64,000 nucleotides of DNA from Octopus vulgaris. Lineage: Eukaryota. The stretch lies in the NCBI GenBank assembly GCA_951406725.2, contig OX597821.1:94054001-94118000 (forward strand), written 5' to 3'. Shown one piece after another: positions 25,959 to 39,025 of this stretch (its first letter is position 1; every line of letters begins with the position of its first letter). The notes under the pieces are model-generated. The model was not told the origin of the DNA and did no database searches. It saw nothing but the letters and a program-made list of their open reading frames with translations. The translations under genes were made by a program, and so were the position numbers.

Positions 25959-26132
25959 GGAGTAAACACATAAATGTGAAACAAGGTGGAAAAATAGAGT
26001 ACTCAAAAACCAGTGGTCGAGTAATATGCTTTATTTAAAGCAGCAGAAAATTCTACAAAACTTGTCCGATGAACGGCAACGCAAAACTCAGAGTGACAGG
26101 TTTTGTAGAATTTTCTGCTGCTTTAAATAAAG
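25957..26132. mobile_element. Small fold-back element in (TA)n with degenerate hammerhead motif
   Basis: 37-bp arms 26029-26065 and 26096-26132 around CCGATGA-ACG-GCAA-CGC-AAAA-CTCAGAG-TG. Confidence 0.65.
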
Positions 26133-26146
26133 TATATATATATATA

Positions 26147-26215
<69 letters not shown>

Positions 26216-28739
26216 ATATATATATATGTATATATATATATGTATGTATATGTATGTATGTATAGCATTATATTCACTTCTATACAGACACACATACACA
26301 TTCATGGGATCACACATTTATATACACATAAATGACAAAATATACCGACTACCAGTTCCTGGTGCATTTTTTTCATCTGATAACTTTCAGTGACTTATTA
26401 CACATACACACACAGACACACCCATGCACACACTCACACTTAACCTAAGAAAGATGGAACAAGAAACACACACACACACACACCCCAACAACCTTTGAAT
26501 ATGTATAGTTTTATTATGTCCATGTCTAGTCTACCTTCCTCTCCAGTATTTAATAGGTAAAAAACTCTAAATATCTCCATATTTACACATCAAATCAATA
26601 AAAAAGCAAATCAATACCAATTGCTTTCTGACAATATATTTTCAACATTATTTATTTTCTTGTCCATATTTTTTCCCTTTCTTTTTGTGTGTGCGTGTGT
26701 GTTCTATTTTATTTTTTAAAACTAATTTTTCTATATATTTTCTTCATTTTGTTTACACTTTTATATTTTTATTTATTATTTTCTCATTTCATCCACTTTG
26801 TTTTTTGTTTTATTTTTGTTCATTTGTTTGTTTCATTGTTTGACCTTTACAATGCATTTAAACCATTTTTGGTGGAATACCTTGAAATATCTTTTAAATG
26901 GAATGAAATAGTGAAACATATTTCAGTGACAAAATTTCTCCAAAAGAAAGTGTCTAAATATTAATTGATATCCATCCTTATTATTATTATTATTATTATT
27001 ATTACGGCAGAATCATTACCAAACAAAATGTTTAGCTGCGTTTCATCGAGGTTTACATTCTGAGCTCAAATACTGCTGATGTCAACTTTGCTTTGTATTC
27101 TTTCAGGGTCAATGAAATATGTACCAGTTGAGTACTGGGGTCGGTGTAATCAACTTCCCCTCTCCTCAAAATCACTGGTCTTGTGCCAAAAATTAGAATA
27201 ATTATTATCATCATTATTAAATTTTATCAAAAATTTTATTGTTAAATTTCTTTATTCTATGTTAACTTTTTTTTTTAAAAAAAAGTACTCCAGCCTTTAG
27301 CAAGGAATACATTTTGATATTTAAAAACGAAATGACTGACTGACCCTGTGACATAGAATTAGAAAGTGAGTACTTGTTACGACTTTTAGTTGTTCACTTT
27401 CATTATTTCAATGAACTCTGTGGGTCATTTGAGCTTAATTTCATAATATAAACATATAATTGCATTATTATTATTATTATTTTCATTATTCAACAAATTC
27501 TGCTGAGATTGACAACTTTGCCTTTCATCCTTTTGGGGCTGATAAAGTAAGTACCAACTGAGGGCCAATGTAATCAACATGCCCCTTCCCACAAAATATC
27601 AGGTCTTGTGCCTTTAATAGAAAATATTATTATTATATTTTCTTTTAATTTTTTTTTTAAGGTAGCAAGCTGGCAGAATTGTTAGCATGCCAGACAGAAT
27701 GCTTAACAGCCTTTCATCTGTCTTTACATTTTGAGTTCAAATTCTACCAAGGTTGACTTTGCCTTTCATCCTTTCAGAGGTCAATAAAATAAGTACCAGT
27801 TGAGCTCTGGCATCAGTGTAATTGGCCAGCCCCCTCCCTGCCACGTTTCAGGACTTGTGCCTATTGTAGAAAGGATTATTATTACTATTATCATTATTAT
27901 GATTAAAGCACATTGGAAGAAATACTTTGCAGTATTTTTTTTTTTTTTTTTTGACTGGCTATGTTCTGAGTTCAAATTCCAATGAAGTCGGCTTTGCCTT
28001 TCAGCTTTTCAATGTCAATAAAATAAAGTACCAGTCAAGTACTGGAGTTGATGGTATCAACTAAGTCCTTCCCCTTTAAAATTCTGCCAAAATTTGAAAC
28101 CATTATTATTATTATGATTATTATTATTATTATTATGAGTGGCAGAATCAGTAAGTGATGGGTAAAGTGTTTAGTTATCTCTCCTCACATTTTATATTTA
28201 AATCTTGTCAAGGCCAATTTTGTCTTTCATTTTTCCACAATCAATAAAATAAAATACCAGCTGAGTCCTGGAATCAATCTGATCGATTATTCATCTTCTT
28301 CTCCAGCCACACACAATTATTGCTTTGTGCCTAAGGTAGTAAAATATCATTATGATTATTTTTATTATTATTTTCAATTTCTTAATTAAAAAAAAATAAA
28401 AGAGAGAAAACTAAACTAAACTTTATTTTAATTTTCATATTTCAAATTTTATTTCTTGTATTCTTATTTATACTTTACATAAAAAATACATAAACATTTT
28501 AATAATTTCAAATTGAACATGAACTAAAGTTTTCATCTTTTGATAATTTCAGATTAACCCTGATTAAATCTGGTTCTATTTTTATTTTTATTATTTTTTT
28601 CTATTTTAAAAATAAATTAAGTTGTTAATTGTTTATGAAGCAGTATGCAGGAGAAATGAAAAAAGTCACAAATGTAATACCTTGTTTTATACACACACAT
28701 AATATATAATCTTATCAACATGAAAGTTACACTGGTGTG

Positions 28740-28774
<35 letters not shown>

Positions 28775-29196
28775 CATATTCAGATTCTATAAAAGATATT
28801 TCAGTTTGGTTAATTTGTTGCACTTAGCAGTTCTTTTGAATCATTGAAAGACTGTTACTGTTAACCATCCATACCACCTGGATTTATGCAGACTCAGTAT
28901 ATTGCTTGTATACCGCATCCAATTCATGTGGCTTATTTGGCACATGTAATCATTGCAGTTTACTTACCACCATGCTATCAGTGCTGTCTGTTTACTACAT
29001 GTAGCCACTGTGATTTATTTACCACATGTAATCGTGGTGGTTTATTTAACACATCTGTGGCATTGGATTATTTAATGGAACCTAATAGGATGTCTTCATG
29101 TTTTCTCAAATCATGATGATTTCAGCAAATAGCATTTCAGCAAATCAACCAATAGTTGTTTACCATTTTTCCGTCTCTGTTCTGTGTGTGTGAGAG

Positions 29197-29232
<36 letters not shown>

Positions 29233-29687
29233 TGCATATGCCAATAAAAATGAAATTCAAGTACTGAAAATCCAAGTTAGGAGTCAAGCACCTAAACACC
29301 TAGTTATTGAAGATTTGAAGGCTTAAATGCACTTGATAAGGTTATATATATATATTTATATATATATATATATAATTTACTCATGTAGCTCTTTGTGTTT
29401 GACAGTATCAAAATTTTTAGGTGTGTTTTTGTACAATCCTAGTTTTTCTTTGACACACAAATATATGTTCACCTCTACACAATTTCACTAACAGTCACAA
29501 CTGCGTACAATGAACAATCTCCACACACACAAAAAACATGACAAGCATGTGTATATGTATGCACATGCACACACAGAATGGAATGAATGGATGAATATAT
29601 ATATATATATATGTATGCACGTTTATGTATTTGTTTTACAAAATCCCTGCTGTGAAATTGTATGTTGAAGCAGACATTGTTACATTT

Positions 29688-30045
29688 CAGGGTGGTCATA
29701 TTTTTTTTTCTCTTTATTCTTTTTACTTCCAAATAATCACATGCACTATATACTTCTTCTTCACTTCAGCTTTGTTATTTTTCTTATTTTAGTGTCCTTT
29801 GTTTGAAATCTTTTCTCAGACATCATGCAACTTTCATTCCCACGTGTCTCCTCCTGTCTTGTTTAGGGGACATGTGAGACGGAGTCACCGAAAAGGTTAC
29901 GAGATGTGTGACAAAAGATTTCAGACAAAGGACTCTAAAATAATATTATTCTTATTTTAGTGTCCTTTGTCTGAATTAAACTGAAGTAAAGAAGGAATAT
30001 ATAGTGCATGTGGTTATTTGGCAAAAAAGAAAGTGACCGTCCCAA
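29688..30045. mobile_element. Old palindromic MITE
   Basis: Imperfect inverted repeats at about 29729-29770 vs 29980-30021 and 29786-29835 vs 29890-29941. Confidence 0.55.
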
Positions 30046-33000
30046 AATATAACAAGTTATATATATATATATAAAAAATTATAGTAGCTACTACTCAGTA
30101 TACTTTGTACAGAGGAAAAACTTATTCATTACTGAAGCAATAGAGTATTTATGTTTCTATGAGTCATATTGGTTGTTCTGATTTTCTGATTTGAAGACCA
30201 CTTTTAGCAAGAAACTTGTAAACATATATATGTTCATGTATATCTATGTACCTATATGAGCATCTTTGCATTATCGCATGTGAAACCATTTAAGTGCTCA
30301 GTACATACTCAGAGAGAAATATGTATGGTTTGCAACATGTGTGATGAATGTTCCTACTTCTTCTGTCTCTACATTATATCCATTAATTAACACTCAACTT
30401 TCTCTATGAGACTTTACTAAAGATTTAATAAATTCATTTCCAGCACCTTCACATATATATACACATATATCAAATATATTAAAATGGAAACATTAAGTTG
30501 ATATCTATGGCAGGCAGTCAATTCTTAATCTTGGCTGCCAAATCACAATGTGTTGATTTCCATAGTGTCACTAAACCTATGTTGGGATTAATCCACACAG
30601 CAACATTTTTCTATCAGTATTTGAAAAGCTATCTGATTGACCATGTCTTCATTGCATGAATGCTATACCATATTAGAATGCTTGCTTTAACCTTTAGCAT
30701 TTAAACCAGTCTGATCCCACCTCTCACACCTACCCGACAATGTCATCTACAAATAAACAATCATATCATCAAAATCTTGAAGCTACAAGATTAATACAAT
30801 GGCTAATGCATGATTAATACAAAACAATATGAATCAATAGGCATTACTTTTGACAAAGTAATCTGAATACTTAAAGGGTTAAATAATTGATTGTTCTTTT
30901 AACCACTTAGCATTCAGAATATTCGCTCAAATTTAATTCATGTGTATTCACATTAGCTTTATTTAATCATGCATTATCTTGTAGCTTTCATATTTCAATG
31001 ATGTGCTTGTATATTTTTAGAATGACATTGTAGAGTAGGTGTTAGAGGTCAGATCTCGATAGTTTGAACATAATACAAGTAGAATATTTGGGCCAGATAT
31101 ATTATGGCCAGTTTAAATGCTAAAGGATTAAAATGATAATCATGAGTTTTCTTCAGCAGATTGCCTACTAAAATGAGTAAAACAAGCAACTATACTCTCT
31201 CTCTCTCTCTCTTGCTTTCACTCACACACACACACTCTTTGAGATTGTTCCTAAACTATTAATCAGCCCACTCTCTTTTATACAGATATACAGAACTGAT
31301 CCATGGAATCTCAAAAGCAATAACCTACATAGTTGTTATTATTTTACTGTTGTTGACCTTTATCAGCTTTGGTACTTCATATAATTAGGGATAACCTACA
31401 AGCATTACACCTCGTATAGACCTAGATAGTAAGTACATGGTGGATAATAATATTTGATTAAAATTTTCAAATCTGATCACTGATTGTTGTGGCATACAGA
31501 TGTCCTAAAATTTACTTTTGTACTTTGAAAACAGTATCAATTGTTGACTGTGGTGATTCTGTTTAAGCCATAACCAAGCAGACAGATGATGATGCTTCTG
31601 CAAAGAGCTGAAGAACAGGAACTGAGCAATTCACAGTTATTCTTCAAAGGTAAACTGAAGCAAGAGTGTTGTGTTGACAGAGTACTATTTCTTTGTTGTG
31701 CTTTATTATGATTGATGATGATGATGATGATGATGATATTAGTTTTAATTACTTGTAATGCCATCTTCTCATGTAAGTGGCTGTAACTGAATATAAACAT
31801 TTTGTCTGACACTTAACAATTCTGCTAATTATCCACAGCCTTGTGGATGTTTTATTTGAGTTTAGTTAGACTACACTAGCACCAGTTTGGGTTTTTTTTT
31901 CTTCTTTTTATTCTTTAAGAAACATTATATGAATAACAATCATTTTATAACAAAAAAAAGGCTTGAAATTTGGTGATACTTGTCTTTGAATCTGTTTATG
32001 ATGTGATAGAAGGAATCAGGATATTCATTTTAAATTTATCTGTTAGCCCTTTTGTTACTACATTTCTGCTGAAATGCACTAACTTGGCTTCATTTAATTT
32101 TGAAAATAATGAAGAATTTAGTAAAATAACTTAGTATTAAGCTGGTCTTAAGAAGTTTTGTTTTTTGTTTTTTTTTAGCTTAGATCACTTTAAAAGATGA
32201 AGTTTGTATCAAAAGAATCTTGGTTTCATGTAGGTTGCTATCAAAAGGGTTAAAGCAACTTTTGAAACAACAAATTGTCCATGCTTACCAACATCAACTG
32301 AATGTTTCTCTATGTCAAATTTTATGTCATCAAATAACAGGATGTCTTCTTTGATAGGTTTTCTCACCAGGTTATTTCTGTCTGCTAGTTTCATCTTTTT
32401 CAAAGACTTCATAGACTAGTCATTCATATGACATTGATAATTGCTCACAGTCTGATAGATTACTGGGAATTAGTAGTCTTTTCTACCAAAATGTTCATGG
32501 AACTATTATAGGGGCTGCATGTCTATACTGCACTGTTCTATAACTCCTACACCTTCGAAAGTGTTCAATAGATTTTGATTTTCAATATCATATACCTGCT
32601 GGCAAAATTGTTAGCATGCCAGGCAAAATGCTTAGTGGTATTTCGACCATCTTTACATTTCAAGTTCAAATTCTGCTGAGGTTGACTTTGCCTTTCATCC
32701 TTTTCGGGGTCAATACAAAATTAGTTGAGCACTGGGATTGATCCCATTGATCTGCCCCCCCAAAAAAAAAAATTTGCTGGCCTTGTTCTAAAACTTGAAA
32801 GTAATGTCATATGCCTGTTTGACAAAAAATTTCTAACCAACCATCAAATAGTTATATCATATGGTTATATCTTAGCTAGACTCGCTTAATGAGTCTAACA
32901 CTTTGATTCATTTACTGTTATTTAGTCCTTTGGTCATGTTGTCTGGCACAACAATTTCTTCTATAGAAAGTTGAGTAGCTGCACTGGGTTTTGGCTCAGA

Positions 33001-34299
33001 CTTGACTGGCCTGATTTTGATTAACAAACAGAGGATGGAAGATGATTTTGGATGTTCACTTACAGAGATGTCTGGAAAGGTGAAAAATATGCCTTTTGAA
33101 AATAAAATTGTAAAGAAATTCTAGTGTGTTACCATGTCTGTTGACTTGGAAACCTTCATTAAAGTGATACATGTTTGTTTGTTTGTTGGGTTGTTTTGTT
33201 TTTAATATTTTATTTCATATTGTTATATTTTTATTTAATTTTATTTGTCTGATCATGTGAAAAGAAATTTCTAGAACCTGAAGTCTATCTATTCGGTCAC
33301 TTGCCAGATATATGCATTTATTAAAGCAAAGATATTTCTCTACCAGTGCCATCTCACTGTTCTCTGTCCTCAGCTGTTGGCTGACAGATGAATAGCAAGA
33401 TGGCACTGTTAAACTTACTAATTTAAATCAATAGCTCTGAGTGCATATGTGTGTGTATGTTTGTATGTTTACATGTGTGTGTGTATGTATGTATGTATAT
33501 ACATATAAATATAAATTTCTTTCTGATGAAATTCTTCTTTAAATTATGTACAGTGATAAAAGTATGGTTTTTTGGAATGAAAACAGCAGAAAATGTGATG
33601 GGTCATTATTCTACCTCTCTTTGCATGTATATATATATATTTAGTGTGTGTGTGATGTAGAGTTGAGTCAGGCTATTTCAGTTTCTTTGTCAGTTTTAAG
33701 TCAATTCATTTACATCACTAGTGTCTTTGATCATGGCATGAACATCCCAGTCTCATTTCTCCTCCCAAGTAAAAGTATGAGGACTTGTATCTATATATGG
33801 GTGTATTATTAAATATATTGGGCTATGGCTGATTCTTACACTCCTGTGACATGGGGTCAGAGAAGAGCAAACTGCCTCACCCATTTTGTTGTCATTTTTA
33901 TAAAGAACAGCAGATAAGCAGAATCATTAGAATATCAAAACTAAATGTCTCATGTTATTCTGGCTTTTCACATTCTGACTTCAAATATCAATAAAGTCAA
34001 TTTTACTTTCATCCCTCTGAGGTTTAATAAAATAAAGTACCAGTCAAGTCTTGTGGTCAATGACATCAGCTAGCCATTTCTCTTCAAAATTGCTGGCCCT
34101 GTGCCTAAATTAGAACTAATTATGAAGAACAGTAAATTGGCAGAATTGTTAGAGTGTTAGGCAAAATGCCTTGTAGTATTTGTTCTGGCTCTTTGCATTC
34201 TGAGTTCAAACCCTACCAAGGTTAACTTTGCTTTCTATCCTTCCAGGAATGATAAAATGAAGTCCAGATAGGTACTGGGGTCGATGGTATTTGACTGCT

Positions 34300-34519
34300 G
34301 GCAGAAACGTTAGCACGGCGGGCGAAATGCTTAGCGGTATTTCGTCTGCCGTTACGTTGTGAGTTCAAATTCCACCAAGGTCGACTTTGCCTTTCATCCT
34401 TTCGGGGTCGATAAATTAAGTACCAGTTACGCACTGGGGTCGATGTAATCGACTTAATACCTATGTCTGTCCTTGTTTGTCCCCTCTGTGTTTAGCCCCT
34501 TGTGGGTAATAAAGAAATA
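34300..34519 (+). mobile_element. Young family B SINE nested in an older family B SINE
   Basis: 14-bp direct repeat GGTATTTGACTGCT at 34286-34299 and 34520-34533 (target-site duplication). Confidence 0.85.
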
Positions 34520-35550
34520 GGTATTTGACTGCTCCCTTCTCTTGAAGTCTGAGACCTTGTGTCTGTAAAAAATCATTGTTATGAAGAACAGTTTAACGCC
34601 ATTAGTTTATTATACAGCTTTGAATCTAAGTTAAAGCAGCTGTTACTGTAAATTTTCTTCATTCTTTCCATCCTGCATCAGAAATCAGTGAGTCATATGA
34701 CACTTGTTGGTCTCACTTCTCGCTTGCTTTCCACGTAGTAGCTGCTAAGGGTGATCTCCCCATAACACAGGTACTTTCAGGGATTGTTGTAATACTGAAT
34801 CATTCATTTTTCAGATCTCTGTTTAGAATTGAAATCTTGCAATGGTTCACTCTGTCCTGTATCCTTCCTGTGGTTGGTAAAGTAAATTTGATTTATACAC
34901 TTTGTCCTGTGAGTTGTGGGAGGTCAATAAAATATACATTGGGATCAGTTGTTGAATATATCCCTCCCTTATTAAAACATTGAACTTGTATCTGGTCAGA
35001 AGACCTTCACATTGCCAATGTAGAAGCTTCTACATGGTTTTTTCAACATGCTAGAAATAGCTGCTGATTTCACTCAACCCACATCTTAAGAAAAAGGACA
35101 CTAAAAAACATAGTGCTGGATACATAGTTCGAAAATAAGATGGAATGGGCGTGGTTAGAATGCCTTTTGTCATAGGTTTCCTCAATCGGATCTGTCTTCA
35201 GGTTAAACAACATCAATATTGATGACTTTCTAGGGTGATGGAGATGACCAAGTCATAGCATACTAGACAAAATGCAACAGTATTTAGTGTCAGGTGATAC
35301 TTGGCTCCCTCCAGTGGTGAAGCTGTGAAATATTATTTAAACAGATTGTTAGTACTTTGAACAATGGTTTTTTTCTGTATTTAGTTATACTTTATATCTT
35401 GAGTTCGAAACTCACTGTGTGAATATTTTCTTTTCCTTCTTGCATCATTATGATAGTGTACCAACAAAGTACTGGCCTGATTGTAATCAACTGCTTCCTT
35501 CTAACAAAATCTGTAGTCTTGTGTCTTTGTTAGAAATAATTATTTAAAGT

Positions 35551-35820
35551 AATAATAAATCTCTGAACGAGGTATAAACAGTAACTGCACGACAATGTGA
35601 GGTATACTTGCCATCTCAATATGGCTAACCACTAAGGGTGGGTGTTACCGTAGCTTGTAGTCCCAGGAGAACATCATCTCCAGCTGGCTTTAGGCAAATA
35701 CCCTAAGGGCACAGAAAGTGTGCCTAAAGCCAGCTGGAGATGATGTTCTCCTGGGGCTACAAGCTACAGTAACACCCACCCTTAGTGGTTAGCCATATTG
35801 AGATGGCAAGTATACCTCAC
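35551..35820. mobile_element. Asymmetric fold-back insertion with 12-bp target-site duplication
   Basis: About 100-bp inverted arms 35597-35696 and 35721-35820. ATTATTTAAAGT at 35539-35550 and 35821-35832. Confidence 0.75.
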
Positions 35821-37277
35821 ATTATTTAAAGTGTTGTTTCCTTTAATTCTGAAGCTGAGATGCATGGTGATATTTTAACTTTCTCTTGCGGAGAAGGAAT
35901 TATCTTTCCTAAGTTGATGTATATTTCTTGGTAGGATAAAGCAGTCTACTGCTGGACATATCCTCTTCTTACTTGAATTTGGTCAAACCATTGATTTGTT
36001 AATGCTCTGCTCTATCTTGACACTGACCAGGTGCTCTGTGAGACTTCATACTTATGTTTGCCAGCTGAGCAGATTGGAGGAACATGAAGGAAAGTACCCT
36101 GCCCAAAGACACAGTACATGTAGATCAGGAATCAAATGCATTATCTTATTTAATGATGGTTAGTTTCATTAGCACTAGGTTATGTGTTTTGTTTTTAGAT
36201 AGCATGAGTGATTTGTCTGCTATTTTTAACAGGTTGAGCAACCATGTAGAGGTTCCTTCATTAGCTCTGGTTCATGCCAGATTGAATGACTTATAGTATT
36301 TATTTTCAATCCTCAACATTCTGAGTTGAAATCTTAGAGTATCATCTTGTCTGTTATTGTCTGGGAGAAAGGGCATTAATAAAATAGGTACCTGCTATAT
36401 ACTGAGGATTGATGCAATCAGCTGTAACCCTCTCCAAAGGGTTGTGCCAAAGTTCAAAACCATTATTATTTATTTTTGAATTATTTATTCATGATTGCAC
36501 CAAGGTATATCTATAACTTCTTAGTAACCTCCTGGAATTTGGAGTCGAGGAGTTACTATTGATTCCTAACTGAAGCCAACTCCCTTCATTGATCACAACT
36601 GTTTCCTTCTCTGAAATGATGGATATTTTGATTTCCATTGAAAGGAAACCCCCAAACCTTTATTAAATCAGATTATATTTTCTATGACATTCCAAACAAA
36701 ATTTCTCCTTTTATTTGCTTTACTCCATACCAAGTTTGTCATCTAATCAGGTATTCTTTATAGGAAATACTGAAGATCTTGCTCAATAGGTTAGTTGAGT
36801 TCCAGTTCAAAGTTTAACAATTTAAGAAGCTCTTTCTCTGATGAAAAGGTTGTTCTGTGTTTGACTGCTGTATTATCTAGATGAGAACATTTTTCTTTTA
36901 TCATTGACTTAAAACAACTCAAACTACAGATAAACGCTGGCCCAGTTGACTACTGAAGTGTGTGAAAGGGCAATTTTGAAATATGTACACACCATTTTTG
37001 CAACAGTGTCCAATATATGAAGTGAATTTGAAAGGTATTGAAGTATGGAAACTTACTGCAATTTTCAGTAATCATTCTACATAGGCACACACACACACAC
37101 ACATATATAGTAAAAATGGCTTATTAATGAACACTGTTATTTATAATCTCTTCCCTGATGAGATTGATACATTATTCCACATTATTTTTCCTCCCAGATT
37201 AATTTTAATGTATCCATCGAAACATATGTCGGCAATATAAATAACATCTTGTGCATTTGTCTCCATTTTCCATTTCT

Positions 37278-37320
<43 letters not shown>

Positions 37321-37448
37321 AAATATTAGGGAATAAATCCAAACTTACAGGGAAAAATCAGATTTAGGATTGAATCCAATTTTATAGTAAAATATTATAT
37401 TATATTAAATTAATTTTATAGTAAAATAATGGTTTTATCTCTAATTTA

Positions 37449-37485
<37 letters not shown>

Positions 37486-38720
37486 ATTGATTGCAGCTTT
37501 AAGTTTCATCTGTAGTGGCTTATTCAACCAGTGGTTGAATAAGTAGCTACAGGCCGAAATCTCAATTAACCCAATATGAGAAATAAATTTGACTTTTCCT
37601 GAAGTACTGAGTACTTCCATCAATAAAATTGTTTTTAATGATTTTAATTTAAATGCCCTAACGTTAACACATATACACACACTCGAAGGTCTCAGATCCA
37701 TATTCAGCCTAAGTATTATGATATGCGGCTGCATTTTGTGACCGCTGTTACCTATACCCTCCTACAGTTGCATTCTAGGATTGTTATTTCACACACACCC
37801 CACCACCACCACCAGTACAGACTTGGATATTCCTTTACTTGGTTTTATAGGAACGAGTAGATGATAGTGTGTGCCTGAGAGAGAGAGTATGTGTATACGA
37901 AGGAGAGGAAACTGGAGTGTGTGATCTTGTGTATGTGTTTCTTCTTTTACTGTTCCTCTTATGACTTCCTATGTCTTTATCCTAATTATATACACTCATT
38001 CACACATACATAGGCATTCACTCACATTTACACACACCACACATATACACCAGCTATATATATATATACATATAGACAAACATGTTCATATATATCTATA
38101 TAACATACACACACACATTCATGCATGCACTCACATATATATTTTGTCCAAATTATCTCCTCCTGCTCATTTTATATTTGTACAATGTCTCAATAAATTT
38201 GAAATAAAGTCTAAATTTGTTAATCTCATTTATAATTAGTTACTCTCATTTATACTTTTCATTTTCCCTTTCATCGTTGCATCATCTGTATATTTTATTG
38301 AGCGTGTGGATGATGAGTTCATTTTCTAACCGTGTGTTTCGTTTTTAGCTTAGTCCCACTGCGTGGGAATGTCTTCTCATATGGCTCCTGGCTGACTAAA
38401 GCCTTGTGAGTGAATCCGATAAATGGGAACTGATAGAAGACCATCGTGTGTGTATGTGCGCAGTGGTATCAAACAGTAATAATGAGTGCTCAACACTACA
38501 TTTTGTGGATTAACAGTGCTACCAATGGTTTCATTTGGAAAAAAAGTTGCCACTATTCTGCCAGCGTTCCACATGAGAATGTTGGTAATCGCCTCCATTT
38601 TGGATATGACTATGTATGATTATGAAACTTCAAAATTAATAGATACGTGGATAAGGGAAGGCAACTCATTTAGGAACTTTTTAGTCTCCTTGCGTGTATA
38701 TATATATATATATATACACA

Positions 38721-39025
38721 CAAGTACCGAACCTCTTATCCGGCAGCCTTGGGACCGGAGGTGGTCTGGATTTCTGGACCCAGGCTAAATATCTACCGAA
38801 AATATAAAATAAACAAAGAAAAGTAAAGAACAAAATTGTATAACATATGCAAATTAATACATTTCTAAAGCAGGGTCTGTTTGATCTGGTTCCATGTGAC
38901 GCATACATCACGGAAACCAAAGCAAAGCAGCCACATGACAAACTACTACAGCCTGTGAAATTCAAAGCTAGCCAGTTTAAAAAATTACCGGATTTCTGGA
39001 TTTCGGATAAGAGTTTCGGTACCTG
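38721..39025. mobile_element. Tc1/mariner-type MITE
   Basis: CAAGTACCGAACCTCTTATCCG ... CGGATAAGAGTTTCGGTACCTG-TA termini. Confidence 0.65.

Noticed and set aside
37500-37566. pre-miRNA
   Set aside because: The terminal loop is essentially absent and the hairpin is adjacent to repeat DNA; more like a palindromic element remnant.
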